Notes under the pieces: model-generated
Database searches by the model: none
What the model saw: only the letters and a program-made list of their open reading frames with translations
What the model was told of the DNA's origin: nothing
Source: Octopus vulgaris
Lineage: Eukaryota
Assembly (NCBI GenBank): GCA_951406725.2
Contig: OX597818.1
Location: 114,762,001 to 114,826,000, forward strand
Direction of reading: 5' to 3'
DNA: 64,000 nucleotides
Made by a program: the position numbers and the translations under genes
Shown: piece after piece, positions 12,891 through 25,769 of the stretch
How the letters are laid out: every line of letters starts with the position of its first letter
How positions within the stretch are numbered: the first letter of the stretch is position 1

Positions 12891-14018
12891 AAAACATTAT
12901 CAAGGCTGTAGTTTAATGAATAAAACAACTAAACTTCATTGGGATTTTTAAAGAATGCAGAAAGCAGAAACACATACAACATAGTCTATCCGATGCACTG
13001 GCAAATACTGGTTTTCTTTAAAAATAGCAAGAATATATACATTTATTCATTTAATTTACGCTCGAGGCCTCTAAAGATAGTCACCCGGATTACATGGTGT
13101 ATAAGTAATCGTGATAACAACAATCCCCTTGAATGTGGACGCTGGTCGTTGTAAGGCCATGAATTCACGAGGGAGCGTAACAGGTCGATTACATTCGATA
13201 CCTCTACTTGTCTGGTACTTTACTTTATCGAACCCGAAGTTATGAAGGGCAAAGTTGACCTCGGTGGGACCCAACACACAATACAATAACAAACTCTAAA
13301 TTATATTCTACCCAAGGTTCCGATATTTCTCTGATAAATCTGTTTTATGTCTTTAAAAATAGCTAGAATCTATTGGGTAATGTAATCGGTGATGCTGTCA
13401 AGAGTTCTATGAAACCAGCGATGCTCTGCATTGGCAATAATTGATACACAACGGATTTAGTGTGAGAATTTGTTACGATAACGCTTGTGCTGACGTATTT
13501 CTGTTTAAATTTTGTTTAAATTAAATTTTGAAATCATTGAAGAATACTGAAGATAATGAAGAATAACTTTTAAAGTGGTAATTCTAACATAAAATATCAT
13601 TTTCATAGAATGTTGTAGCTTAAATCATTCTAAAACGGAAAATTTGTATCATTGCATAGAAAGCATTTCTGAGTGGTGTAAAAAGAATTCACTTACCATG
13701 AGGAGAGAAAAATTCAACGCTTTGATAACTTGCCTTTTGTTAGACAGCGAGTAAAAGAAAACAGAGAAAATGGTGTTGATAAAGCAAAAAAAAAAAGAAA
13801 TAAATAGTTTGGTATAATTGTTGTTGCTGTTGTTGTTGTTGCTCTTATTGTTGCTGTTGTTTTTGTTGTTTTTATTGTTGTTGTTGGTGGTGTTGTTGTT
13901 GCTGTTGGCTGCGGTTGAAGAAGCAAAACATTTCCTATTTAATTCACTCACAAATGGAGGACAATAACCAAAACTATTAGATTCTCCACCTCTTACGGAA
14001 GCTGAACTCATTTGTAAA

Positions 14019-14530
14019 TATTTCGAACTTTCCTGTCTGAAGAATGTGAATTATCCCTACCGAATGATTTTGGTTTAGTTTTTGGGTGGCCAGGACTGAT
14101 CTGGGGTCGACAACGAAATGAATCCTTTCCAAAAGCATTGAAGAAATGTTAACATTGCTACCTCATAGCTTAAGGGGAATTTCATCGTTATTTCTAGCTT
14201 ATTTCGAACTTTCCCGTCTGAAGAATGTGAATTATCCCTACCGAATGATTTTGGGGTCGACAACGAAATGAATCCTTTCCAAAAACATTCAAGAAATGTT
14301 AACATTGCTACCTCATAGCTTAAGGGGGATTTCATCGTTATTTCTAGCTTATTTCGAACTTTCCCGTCTGAAGAATGTGAATTATCCCTACCGAATGATT
14401 TTGGTTTAGTTTTTGGGTGGCCAGGACTGATCTGGGGTCGACAACGAAATGAATCCTCTCCAAAAGCATTGAAGAAATGTTAACATTTCTACCTCATAGC
14501 TTAAGGGGGATTTCATCGTTATTTCTAGCT
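14019..14530. repeat. Tandem triplication, units of 181/150/181 bp
   Basis: Units start tatttcgaactttcc at 14019, 14200 and 14350; the middle unit lacks 31 bp. Confidence 0.95.
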
Positions 14531-15399
14531 TAAGTAATAGCCTTGCAGGTTTTCACTTTCGTACACTTTCCCTCTTAGGTTAAAGTTATGTAATTTTATT
14601 ATTTTACTTTTCTTTTATTTCATTCAGAAGTTACGTAGAAAAATATAATCAGAGAGTGATCCATTCTTGAAAATATGAGCAATTTTTAACCTTTCTCCCC
14701 GTTTAAGCTTTATAGCAATTTATTATTGTGAAGAAAGATGTGCAGTAAATCACAGTAAATGATTGCCAAATACATTTAGTAATTCATGTTCGATTATCGA
14801 TTGGAACAGCTTCACTTAGTTACAGATATTAAATTAGCAGTAAGATATTTAATGCACTACGTACGAAGAGGTTAATTAGTAATAAATATATGGCGAATAC
14901 AAAGCAAAAATGCCATTCAATGATAATAATATATCGATTTCTTAGCCAGTAAAGGGAATAACAACAGACACGTTTTGGGCTCCTTCGAAACTTTATAAGT
15001 AAAGCACGGCCCTTCAGTACACTTACCGATGTAAAAGCATCAATACATACATGCATTCTCCTCCGCCCATTTCTCCTGGAGAGTCGTGGGAGTAGAGTAT
15101 CCAAGCAACTCTCTCATAAAGTTCTATCGGTAGCTACCGCCATTACACTTTTCCGGTTGGGTTCCCAAACTTAGCTAACTGAGGCTACGGATACCATCCA
15201 ACTACCTTGTCCTTAATCAGCCCCTTCGTCTCCTGCCAGTTGGCTCGGCTCGTAGAATCCATCACAGTAGTACCAGAGCTGTGACCTCACGATACGGAAA
15301 AGCAGCGGCTCGAACTAGTGAGATTTCTTCATCCCCGAATTACACTACCTATCGCATAAAATTATTACAACGATGTTTTAGAAGAACCACATTTATTGA

Positions 15400-15540
15400 T
15401 ATTAAATTCCACCGGGGTCGATGTTGCCTTTCGTTCTTTCTGGATCGATAGAATAATTACCAGTGAAGCCCAGGGGTCGATGCAATCGACTAGTCCCCCT
15501 CCCCACAAAATTTGAGGCCGTGAGCCTCCGGTAGAAAATA
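15400..15540 (+). mobile_element. SINE family B fragment (short-tail variant)
   Basis: aaattccaccggggtcgatgttgcctttc...ggggtcgatgcaatcgactagtcccc. Confidence 0.7.
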
Positions 15541-15570
15541 TTATTATTATTATCATCATAATCACCGCAG

Positions 15571-15950
15571 GAGTTCAGTCCCACTGCGTGGCACCTTGGG
15601 CAAGTGTCTTCTACTATAGCCTCAAGCCGACCAAAGCCTTGTGAGTGAATTTGGTAGACGGAAACTGAAAGAAGCCCGTCGTATATATTTATATGTGTAT
15701 ATGTATGTGTGTGTATATATGTTTGTGTATCAGTGCTTTTCCCTCCAACATCGCTTGTCAACCGTTGCTGGTGTGTTTACGTCCCCATAACTTAGCGGTT
15801 CGGCAAAAAGAGACCTACAGAATAAGTGCTAGGCTTACAAAGAATAAGTCCTGGGATCGATTTGTTCGACTAAAGGCGGTGGTCCAGCATGCCGCAGTCG
15901 AAATGACTGAAACAAGTAAAAGAATAAAAGAATAAAAGAATAAAAGAATA
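15571..15950 (+). mobile_element. SINE family A, 5'-truncated
   Basis: gagttcagtcccactgcgtggcaccttgggcaagtg...gaaacaagtaaaagaataaaag. Confidence 0.9.
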
Positions 15951-16289
15951 ACATAATTAATTGTCGTCGTCGTCGTCGTCGTCGTTGTTGTAGTTGCTTT
16001 GTTTTTCCATGGCGGTTGGTGAACTTTGGATTCTCTCGGGTCAGACGTTCGTATACTGGATTTGTGACAATCTCGATATACCGAGTGATTTTGTTCTAAA
16101 AGCACGCGCCTTTCGGTTCCCTTACCAGTGTGGATACTGTTCAGCAATTTAAATTAGCACACACACACACACACACGTACACACACAGACACACACACAG
16201 ACACACACACACACAGACACACGCACACACAGACACACACTCACACACACAAACACACACACACACGCACGCACACACACACACAAACA

Positions 16290-16341
<52 letters not shown>

Positions 16342-16692
16342 CACGCACACACACACACGAGCGTAATTTCATTCTAATAATATTTTGATTAGTTCCAGAG
16401 ATAATTCTGTCTGTTATTTTCAGAAGAAATCTCTTCACAACTAATTAGTTGTAACAGGTTCAGTTACACGAACTGAACCATTACGAAAGTAAAGAACATA
16501 ACACACAGTACTTCCTAAAATTCTTCCAAGTATTCAATAATTTATTCTGTACATGTGAGAACAATATATGTTCGCATATGTCTGTGTACTCGCACATGTG
16601 CGTGGGCGTATGTCTCTGTGTACGGGAGTGCATACATACGTCGATACACATGCATTACACATATGCACAGAATCTCTCGAAGTTTCAAAGTT

Positions 16693-16745
<53 letters not shown>

Positions 16746-16749
<4 letters not shown>

Positions 16750-17030
16750 AAATGAAGAAAATGCTGACAAAATAATTTAAGTAAGGGAGAGTGTATTTAA
16801 TTAGGTGAAAGTTCTTTTTACCGGTTGCGCATTTGTTATGCTTATCAAAAGATATTTTTTAAGAGAGATAGAGTTCCTTTCTGATAGATTATCAGAAAGG
16901 AACTCTATCTCTCTTAGAAAATATCTTTTGATAAGCATAACAAATGTGTAACCGGTAAAAAGAACTTTCACCTAATTAAATACACTCTCCCTTACTTAAA
17001 TTATTTTGTCAGCATTTTCTTCATTTCCTT
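16746..17030. repeat. Near-perfect 285-bp palindrome (141-bp arms, 3-nt loop)
   Basis: aaggaaatgaagaaaatgctg...ctgata|gat|tatcag...cagcattttcttcatttcctt; three mismatches seen. Confidence 0.97.
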
Positions 17031-17289
17031 TTTTTATATATCACAACTCGTGTTCCACATCTCCTTTTTTAAATATATATATACATTTCGTTTTTTGGAT
17101 TTGGTTTGTAAGATTCTTTAAATGAGTTCGTGTGTTGAAGCATATTCTGTTGTGCCTTGGTAGAGTAATTTTCTTTTTGTGCCATATAATGTAACACACT
17201 CACATGCATGTTCTTCTCTTTCTCCTTTCAAATTTGACCAGCCACCCGTTTTAGCCAGGTTGTGAAGAAAAATCTTTCTTTTAACCATC

Positions 17290-17640
17290 ATCCTTTAAAT
17301 CTTAAGGTCTTCCAGGTTTTTATAGTCCCAGATATCGTGATCAGTTGTAGCATATAAATTAAGGATTCTCTCTCTCTCTCTTTCTCTCTCTCTCGCCAAG
17401 ATCCTAAATTCAGCCATACTTTGTTCCAGATGGGTTGGTATGTATCCTATTGCTCCAATAATGATAGATATGAAACTGAAAGTATATCTTGGTAAATGGA
17501 TTTACAAACACCTTATCAATGGTCCATAGATGTCTTCTTTCTCTTGTATTTTTCTAATTACAAAGGTGTCTGGGGGCAGATGGTTTCCACAACAGAACGT
17601 GTCTTTTTCTTTTGGGTCCACTAGGTTGTGCTTTGGTTGT
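17290..17640 (-). mobile_element. R4/Dong-like RLE LINE C-terminal remnant
   Basis: Minus translation KIQEKEDIYGPLIRCL*IHLPRYTFSFISIIIGAIGYIP and LIYMLQLITISGTIKTWKT. Confidence 0.7.
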
Positions 17641-20154
17641 TTTAATTTTTAAAGATTAAAATCTTTAACTATGTGACGGATTTAACGTTTGTATATCGCT
17701 GGAAAATCAGAGTATTGGTGTCGAATAGGATTCTGTTGTTTAGCACTCTCTACAATCTAAATGATAGTAGCCTTGCCCATCTCGTATTTTCTTTCTTCGG
17801 GCATAATTTGGCAGCACTACATTATCCATTGCGTTATTTTCATTTCAAACAAATTGTAGCTTAAAGGAAGATTGGCTGATATTTCCAGCAACCACATAGA
17901 GATCCGCGTCCTCTTTCGTAAAAGTAACTGTTAGTGGAGCAAAACGCGAAGGGAAAAGTAATGGACGAATAATGTTCAAGAGGGTTGATATTTGTCAGAG
18001 CCTGTCAAGTCTGGTTCTGGAAAGTTATAGAAATAACGAGAGAACGAGACAGTGTTGTTTTGAATGGGTTTCATTATTGTCATTATGTTCTTAGGAGATT
18101 GAAGAAATACATGTTTGAAATATAAGAGCATATTAAAAGGAAAATGGAACAGTGTTGTAAATTCTTCCACCTCATGAATAATTTATCTTTGGTTCGGCTT
18201 TTGCAATTATGACGATATCGTTTATTCAAGCTTATTCATTTTATGGCACAGTCTGTCATCTTTAGTATCTACTGTTCCTGAAATCTTCCTAACGCACATT
18301 TAGGATCCTTATAAACTAGCAAGCTTCGTAATTTGTCACCGAATATAAACTATAAAGAACTGAATCTATAACCGTCTAATATAGAAAATCTCTAAATTCA
18401 AGATAAAAAATCCGATTACTTTCAAATCAATCACCTTATTTCACTCCAGAAGAGAATTTTTTTCTTTTTCTTTAACTTTTTAAGTCACGTTGGTAAATCA
18501 GGATTTTTTGCCTAACTGGATAATAAATTTAAATCCCTGACATTAACTCAATAAGACGCATACCATGAAACAACTTTCGCATTTATCTTACTTAACGAAT
18601 ATCAACGTAAAGCATTAACACACATTTCATGGCTTAAGTTCTTCATTACTCTAAACCAATGACGTCGTGGAAGCATTACCGCAATTATTACAGAACATAC
18701 AAAAATGGTTGCACTCAGTTTTCATTTATTTCTTAATCGTATTGTTATGAAGCGCCAATAACGTTTCGCCGCAGCACAACAATCTGGAGATTGACATCTT
18801 TCAGCTCCAGCTGTGCTCAGGTGCAAGAAGAAAAATGCAATCTTCTGAGAAAGTATTAAATGTATCAGATTTTGTGAATTTTGTTGAATGTAATAAAATT
18901 ACTGTTCCGTGAAGAAATTCTTTTATTTTCTACTTAATGTTTTCAGGTGAAATCACTTGCGAAAAATATTACCTTCGTTATACCTTTAAATTTTACCTTT
19001 AATTGCTACAGTCATTAGACCGCGGTCACCTTGAGCAATTTTTAGTCGAACGAACCGACAGCAACACTTTTTAAGCCTGTTGCTTATTCTATTGGTCTCA
19101 TTTTGCCGAATTGCTAGTTACTGGTGGAAGTGAGAGGTGAAGAGAAAGAGAGAAGTGCTAAAGACATGAAGAGGATATTTACATGGTTAAAAACTATGCT
19201 GAAGCGGTAGAGAGAAGGAGAGAAGTATACAGTGCTTAGGAGAGAGAAATTCTAAAATCATTTATTATTGTGAGTGGAACAGAAATAACTTAGCAAAATA
19301 AAAATAAAAATGTAAATAATACTTTCTGTTTTAAATCGCTTTTCTTAATCTTTATCGTTCTGTGCAATTTCCAAGGGACCTAGCAGTAATACTTAATAAT
19401 ATATATAATGTGCCTATAATAGATTTTTATCCTCGTTTTATCCGTAATTTTATGTCGATCGTCTTATGTATAAAATAAATATGATGTCTATTTTTTATGA
19501 CTACGATTTCGTTCCATAGTTGAAGCATTACATACGTTGACCGTTGCAAAATAATACGATAGACTAATCTAAACACTGTTTGATGCTCGTTCCAGTCAAC
19601 AGAGAATAAACAGTGTATTCCCAGAAAGAAATGGTGCGGATTGTCTTTCAGTCTAAATAGCATTACTAGAATGTTCTTATCAACCGTTAAATAACCAAAA
19701 AAAGTTTACTGAGAGACACAATAGTTTGCAGTGGTGGCGGTTATTATTGTATTTTATTCCATTTTATTTCAATCATCTGGTAAAATTGCTTGCATTAAAC
19801 TCCAGCCAAAATTAAATTTTGATGATGGCTGTGACCAGAATTTACAGAAGTCAGTTTATCAGGAAGACAATTTAAAACTAATTTAACTTTATTTAATTAT
19901 CATATTTTAATTCTATTTAATATTAAACTCCGGTTTTTAACTGACGTTATAATACATGGTGAATATAAAGTTATTGCTATATTAGAATCGCTTAATTTCT
20001 ATTAATTGGTTTAAACTAATTACTGTGCTTCTGATCTTCAAGTTGACATCAACTCGGTTAAAATTATCTGTTGCTAGCCGATATCTACATGCAAACCATA
20101 CACCACAGCCTGTTAGGTATATTGTTACGCGAGCATATTCTAAATAAGATCATT

Positions 20155-20400
20155 CAAGAACGGAGCGGAGTGGACGATGTGATCGCAGAATACTGAAAGC
20201 GCATGTCCCGTTGGGCCGGACATGTCGCAAGGTTTACAGTCAACAGCTGGACCCGTGCAGTTGCCGAATGGCATCTAAGAGATCGGAAAATGCTTATTGG
20301 AAGACTTCCACGAAGATAGGCAAACGTTCGAGGGTCGAGATGGAAAAGAATGGCGCAGTCAAGACAGAATTGGAAGTGCATTGTGACCAGCGGTGTTTAA
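20155..20400 (+). mobile_element. RTE-clade LINE 3' fragment
   Basis: RSGVDDVIAEY*KRMSRWAGHVARFTVNSWTRAVAEWHLRDRKMLIGRLPRR, cf. RWAGHVAR...WT...W...GRP. Confidence 0.8.
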
Positions 20401-20492
20401 GAGCATCTGATTGTCTGTCGATACTTATGGTATTTATGTGTGTGTCTATAGCACCGTCCTAATCCTAAGAAAAAGGCGACGTCCTAAGAAAA

Positions 20493-20725
20493 AGGCGACG
20501 AACTGGCAGAAACGTTAGCACGCCTGGCGAAATGCTTGGCGGTATTTCGTCTGCTGTTACGTTCTGAGTTCAAACTCCGCTGAGGTCACATTTGCCTTTC
20601 ATCCTTTCGGGGTCGATTAAATAAGTACCAGTAAATCACTGGAGTCGATACAGTCGACTTAATCCGTTTGTTTGTCCTTGTTTTTCCCCTCTGCGTGTAG
20701 CTCCTTGTGGACAGTAAAGAAATAA
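20493..20725 (+). mobile_element. SINE family B (Meta-domain-like) monomer
   Basis: ggcgacgaactggcagaaacgttagc...gagttcaaactcc...tttgcctttcatcctttcggggtcgattaaataagtaccag. Confidence 0.88.
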
Positions 20726-20939
20726 AAAATACTTCAGTATGATTTAACACCTGAGTTTTATAGAGAGATACAATTTGCCGGTGCTTGAATAATTTTTTGG
20801 ATCTTAGGTGTTTTGATGTAGAATTAAAGACATATTTTCTCCAGGAGGGATTTCATTGATGGTGAGGCTTTGTAGTTTTAGTGAATTTGAAATTTTGAGT
20901 TAGGTGCTCTCCATGTGCAATGAGAACGATAAATTTTCC

Positions 20940-21235
20940 TCATGTGCATTGATTACATCATTTTGCTCTTGACGTAGAAATCGTTGGCATGATTCTAAGT
21001 ACGCATGCGTTGGAGTAGTGCAGATTTGTGGTGATGTGTAGGTAACGCTTCACAATAGAAATTTTAGAGGATAATAGATTGACAGAATCTTGAGGTTCCA
21101 AATTTTTGCCAATTTCTGTTTCCAGATCTTTATACTTGCTAAGTTTTTGGTAGGTCTTGACAGATACATTTGCACAGTCATATCAATGAGGAGGCATGAT
21201 TTTTGTCTGAAGTCTTTCAATATAATGTCTTTCTC
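20940..21235 (-). mobile_element. RLE-type LINE fragment (second R4/Dong-like family)
   Basis: Minus translation DIILKDFRQK.CLLIDMTV..NVSVKTYQKLSKYKDLETEIGK.WNLK (PD-D/ExK nuclease region). Confidence 0.7.
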
Positions 21236-21460
21236 TCAGTTTGAATGAAGTCTCAGACGAGTGAGACGTGATCATTTTCAAACACTGGAGATGGTTTGTG
21301 TTGCCACCAGTTTTTATCATGGGGCAGGTCCAGGTTTATTCAAATTACCCAGTGAATACGCTGTGCAGCTCTATCATGACAGTTGAGATACTCTGTGGGC
21401 TCAAGAAGACTGCACATGGATGCAACATGATCTATTTGTATTGCAATATTATATTATGTC

Positions 21461-21489
<29 letters not shown>

Positions 21490-21494
<5 letters not shown>

Positions 21495-21700
21495 AGTGTT
21501 TATCCTCCAGCACCTCTAGACAAGCGGTGTTAGTGGATTTACCTCCTCTTTGAGACTTAGCGGTTCCGCAAAGGATACTGATAGATTAAGTAGCGGGCTT
21601 TGGAACAAATATGTTCTGGCATCGATTCAATCGACTAAAAAGTTTTTACGGCGGTGCCCCAGCATGACCACCGTTTAATGACTAAAACAAATAGAAGACA
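21490..21700 (+). mobile_element. Diverged SINE family A 3' half
   Basis: acttagcggttccgcaaag...tcgactaaaa...ggcggtgccccagcatgacc. Confidence 0.7.
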
Positions 21701-21969
21701 AACAAGGATTTTCGGGTAAGGGTGAAACGTCTGCAGTGAAGTCGTGGTACATTTTGGTAGGCGGCAACAAGAATGACGTAGACGTAGTCCATGTAAAATT
21801 GGGGAAACATCAGCGAACGTTAGAGAACCAAAGAAAATGTTCAAATTAAAATATTAGACTATAGGTCAGATAGAAATCAAAGAGATTTTCGATGTCAAGA
21901 TTGCCAGCAGAACTGTCAGAAGATTCGCGTTAAGATTGCGTACCTTATTTAAATAAGCTATAGTATGTG

Positions 21970-22275
21970 TTGGAGGCACATGGCCTAGTTGTTAGAGCAG
22001 CGGACTCGCGGTCGAGGGATCGCGGGTTCGAATCTCAGACCGGGCGATGTGTGTGTGCTTATGAGCGAAACACCTAAGCTCCACGCGGCTCCGGCAGAAG
22101 GTAATGGCGAACTTCTGCTGACTCTTTCGCCACAACTTTCTCTCACTCTTTCCTCCTGCATCTTGCAGCTCACCTGCGACGGACCGGCGTCCCGTTCAGG
22201 TGGGGAACCTATACGCCAAGGAAACCGGGAAGCCGGCCCTTATGAGCCTGGCGTGGCTCGAGAAGGGAGAACAAC
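21970..22275 (+). mobile_element. SINE family D (shares head with family C, different tail; probably OR2-type)
   Basis: Head tggaggcacatggcctag...gcggactcgcggtc...ggttcgaatc as in family C; unique tail cctgcgacggaccggcgtccc...atgagcc...ggctcgagaagg; imperfect TSD ata(g/c)tatgtg. Confidence 0.85.
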
Positions 22276-22856
22276 ATACTATGTGCGATGTGTATAGTAT
22301 CGATATTAAAAGAAGTATTCATTCTTTATAGTGTCATTTTATAACTTCTGGTAAAACAGGTAAATAGAGAGAGATTTTGAAAAACCAGTCAAATCGGCAA
22401 ATCTGTATTGACACTATGAAATTTATTGAAATTTATTCGAGATGTGATAGCGTGTCGTGTGAAAGGAAGAACCAGCTTATATTTTATAAAATAATAAATC
22501 AGAAAAGCATTTTTATAACATAATGACATTTTCTTCCACCAGACATTTGCAGAGAATTAGAAGCTTACTTATTGTAGAGTTCAGAGGTTAACATAATCGT
22601 ATCGGAACTCGGGGAAAAAGCAACAAATCGATAAATTTTGGAATAATCTCTCACCTTCTTTCTCTTCCTTACTCTCCCTCTCTCTCTTCCTCACTCTCCC
22701 TCTCTCTCCCATCGTTCTCTGCATATATGCATATACATATATATACATAAGTACATATGTGTGTATATATACATATATATACATTCATACATATGCATAC
22801 ATAAATCATATATAAATATACATGAACGTAAATACATATATATATGCATACAAATA

Positions 22857-22899
<43 letters not shown>

Positions 22900-23060
22900 G
22901 TAAGTATTTATGCATATATATATATATACTTAAATATATATACTTAATATATATATATATAAATATATATACTTAAATACATACGTGTATATATATATAT
23001 ATGTGCACGTATATCTATTTGTATGTATATATACATACATACACACACACATACACACAC

Positions 23061-23093
<33 letters not shown>

Positions 23094-23456
23094 TGTATGT
23101 ATGTATATTCATGGGCACTCACAAACGAACACACATATATACTCACACACAAACACACGTATAAAAAATGACGAAAATAATAGCGATGTTACAGGAAATC
23201 TCGGTCGCGAATGAAGGAATTCTGTACAAGAGCGACATAGAAATAACATTCTTATTATTTTCTTTCAATTCGGATCCGATTTTTACTTTTGTATGTTTTC
23301 TACTTGTCATCTACGTAACAACATCATGCAAGCTAGATAGAGTGTAGGTGTCGCTGAAACGAACACACAAACCAAGAAAATCTGAAATCACCGTGCTGGT
23401 AAACATCTTTGAACTTAATGTGTATGTATATATGTGTATGTGTGAGAGAGAAAGAG

Positions 23457-23499
<43 letters not shown>

Positions 23500-23640
23500 T
23501 TAAACAAAAATCTACGATGACAGAATGGGCTCAAAAGATTAATTGTTCAGGAACGAAATAGAATGACACATTTTATTGTTAGTCAACATTATTGTTTACA
23601 GACACACACGCACACAAATATGTGTGTATGTGTGTACGTG

Positions 23641-23689
<49 letters not shown>

Positions 23690-23755
23690 ATAGAAATGGT
23701 AAGACAACAAAAGAATGAAAGAGACCTCGATGTTATGTAAATAGAGGAATTTATC

Positions 23756-23863
<108 letters not shown>

Positions 23864-23903
23864 CACACACACGCACACATACACACATATATATATAATA
23901 CCA

Positions 23904-24098
23904 TTGCATCGTGGAAGGTGTTTATAAGCCATTTACGAAACACACAAAAGCCGTTAGATTCACTTCAACATCTAAATTTAAATTTAATTTGTCAAAATGT
24001 TTTCATCGCTTTGAGACCGCGACCTCTTCACTGACAAAATCCGTGCTGCTGTTTTTGCGTGTTTTTTAAATGGCTTATAAACAGCTTCCACGCTGCAA
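23904..24098. repeat. Small element with ~45-bp inverted ends enclosing a hammerhead-like motif
   Basis: ttgcatcgtggaaggtgtttataagccattta versus taaatggcttataaacagcttccacgctgcaa. Confidence 0.8.
23988..24038 (-). ncRNA. Minimal hammerhead-like fold (variant core, probably inactive)
   Basis: Minus strand tttgtca GTGAAGA g gtcgc-ggtctcaaa-gcgat GAAA acat TT tgacaaa: 7-bp stem I, 5-bp stem II, C3 replaced by G. Confidence 0.5.
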
Positions 24099-25769
24099 TT
24101 ATTTTCGTTCCATCACACGATCTCAGATCAGGTTACTTGCTATGCAAGTACATCTCCGTAATATCGAAATGTGTCAGTTGTCTTCCTTTATTTTATTTCC
24201 TGGACATACCGTTTAATACCTTTTCTCTTTCCGCATATATCTATTTCTAGTTAGCGTTTAGATGCTCCATACCTTTAGCCTGTTAAAACAGACTTATACC
24301 TAATGAGTCCGTCTTTTTAGAAATCTCGAGCACTACATTACGTAAGGTGCTCTTTGTTCTTTAAAGAAGCAAGTTTCTTTGTAAATATTGATTTTGTTAA
24401 TATTTCCTGTAGCACTGGCAACTACGTGAATTCTCCTTACTTCTATTCTGACCTCTTCCTCAGAATGATAAAACCCAAGCTCTATACTTTTAAACCAAGA
24501 AGGGCCCAAACACGGTTGTTGGATAAAGTAATGAAATACCCTAAACAATCTTATTGATGCCATAATAAGCAGTATAGACTTCAGCCTATTTCCCGATATA
24601 GAGATGTTTGAAACACTACACAATATTGTACATTTTGTCATGTAGGAAAATAGAATTGTTTGGAGATCAAATAAATCAGCCAGCTTTATAACCGCGTCTC
24701 CACTGCAGAAGAGAACACGTCCTACCTTTATTTCTTATTTGGTGCGTAACATCAACGGGACATAGCGTGGACTCGAAGAGAACAGTGGCTTTTTTTAAAT
24801 ATATTGCACCACCAATATCCGGTATTTTACACCGGCGAATGAAATGACATAAAATAAATACCTACCCGGCTACTCTAACTATCCAATATAGTTGTAATTT
24901 CCTAGCCTGTTCATACAATACACTTAGGATACTGATGTATGACCGAGCGAATGTGTAGAGAAAATAAAGCTATAGAGGAAAAGAATGAAGAAGGCGGTGG
25001 GAGAGAAATAAATATAGAGACGAGATGGAAACAGAGTGAGAGAAATAGCGAAAGGAGAGAGATAAAGAAACATATGTGTTTGTATACGTTCATATATGTC
25101 AATGCGCTTATATATTAAAAGCCAACGATCTTCACGTATTTGCTGACAATTCTAATGTGAAATATTACTAAAGCGAATTGAAACAAACCTCATTTCACGT
25201 TAGTAACTTGTATTTGAATGTAAAATTACCGAAGCTATGATATGTATCTTAGAGACGATGCTTGTTTAGCCAGCAAATCTGTTATGACCGATCCGATTTA
25301 TGTTCAAAGGCGTTCAAGCTAAGATCATCCTGCCTTTTATTGTTCGAGTTTTATGGATCTAACTGTACATTATAAAATGTATCCTTCTTTTTATGTTGAC
25401 TACGTTCAGGGAGATTTAGCTGCTAAATAGCAAGTAAGTGTTGTATGGTTTGTTTGCAGACAACTTGTAATTGTTGTTTTTATTGGTCGACGTGATTGTG
25501 ATGTCAGCGTTGGTGGTTACATTTAATCCGCAGACCTATAATCTAAATAGTTCTTATAAACTTATAGTACTTTTCCAAGTAAAATGTACAACGCAACGCA
25601 TTTCGGAACGTGTCCTTCGCTTTACAAAATAGAATTATTCGAAAGCTGTTTGGTGGAATGTCCAGCAGTTTCAATAACCGTTTCAAGCCTGCCGTTAGGT
25701 TTCCATGGATATGTTGCAATTTAGCTTCACTTCACACATCCTTTGACTGACCTGTAATCAAAAACAATC

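Noticed and set aside
14019-14530. Tandem repeat or SINE arrays as CRISPR-like arrays
   Set aside because: Units are long, there are no unique spacers or cas genes, and the context is eukaryotic.
21970-22045. tRNA-like heads (also at 27365, 41847 and 59706) as real tRNA genes
   Set aside because: They are embedded in SINE bodies with TSDs and lack a proper acceptor stem and terminator.
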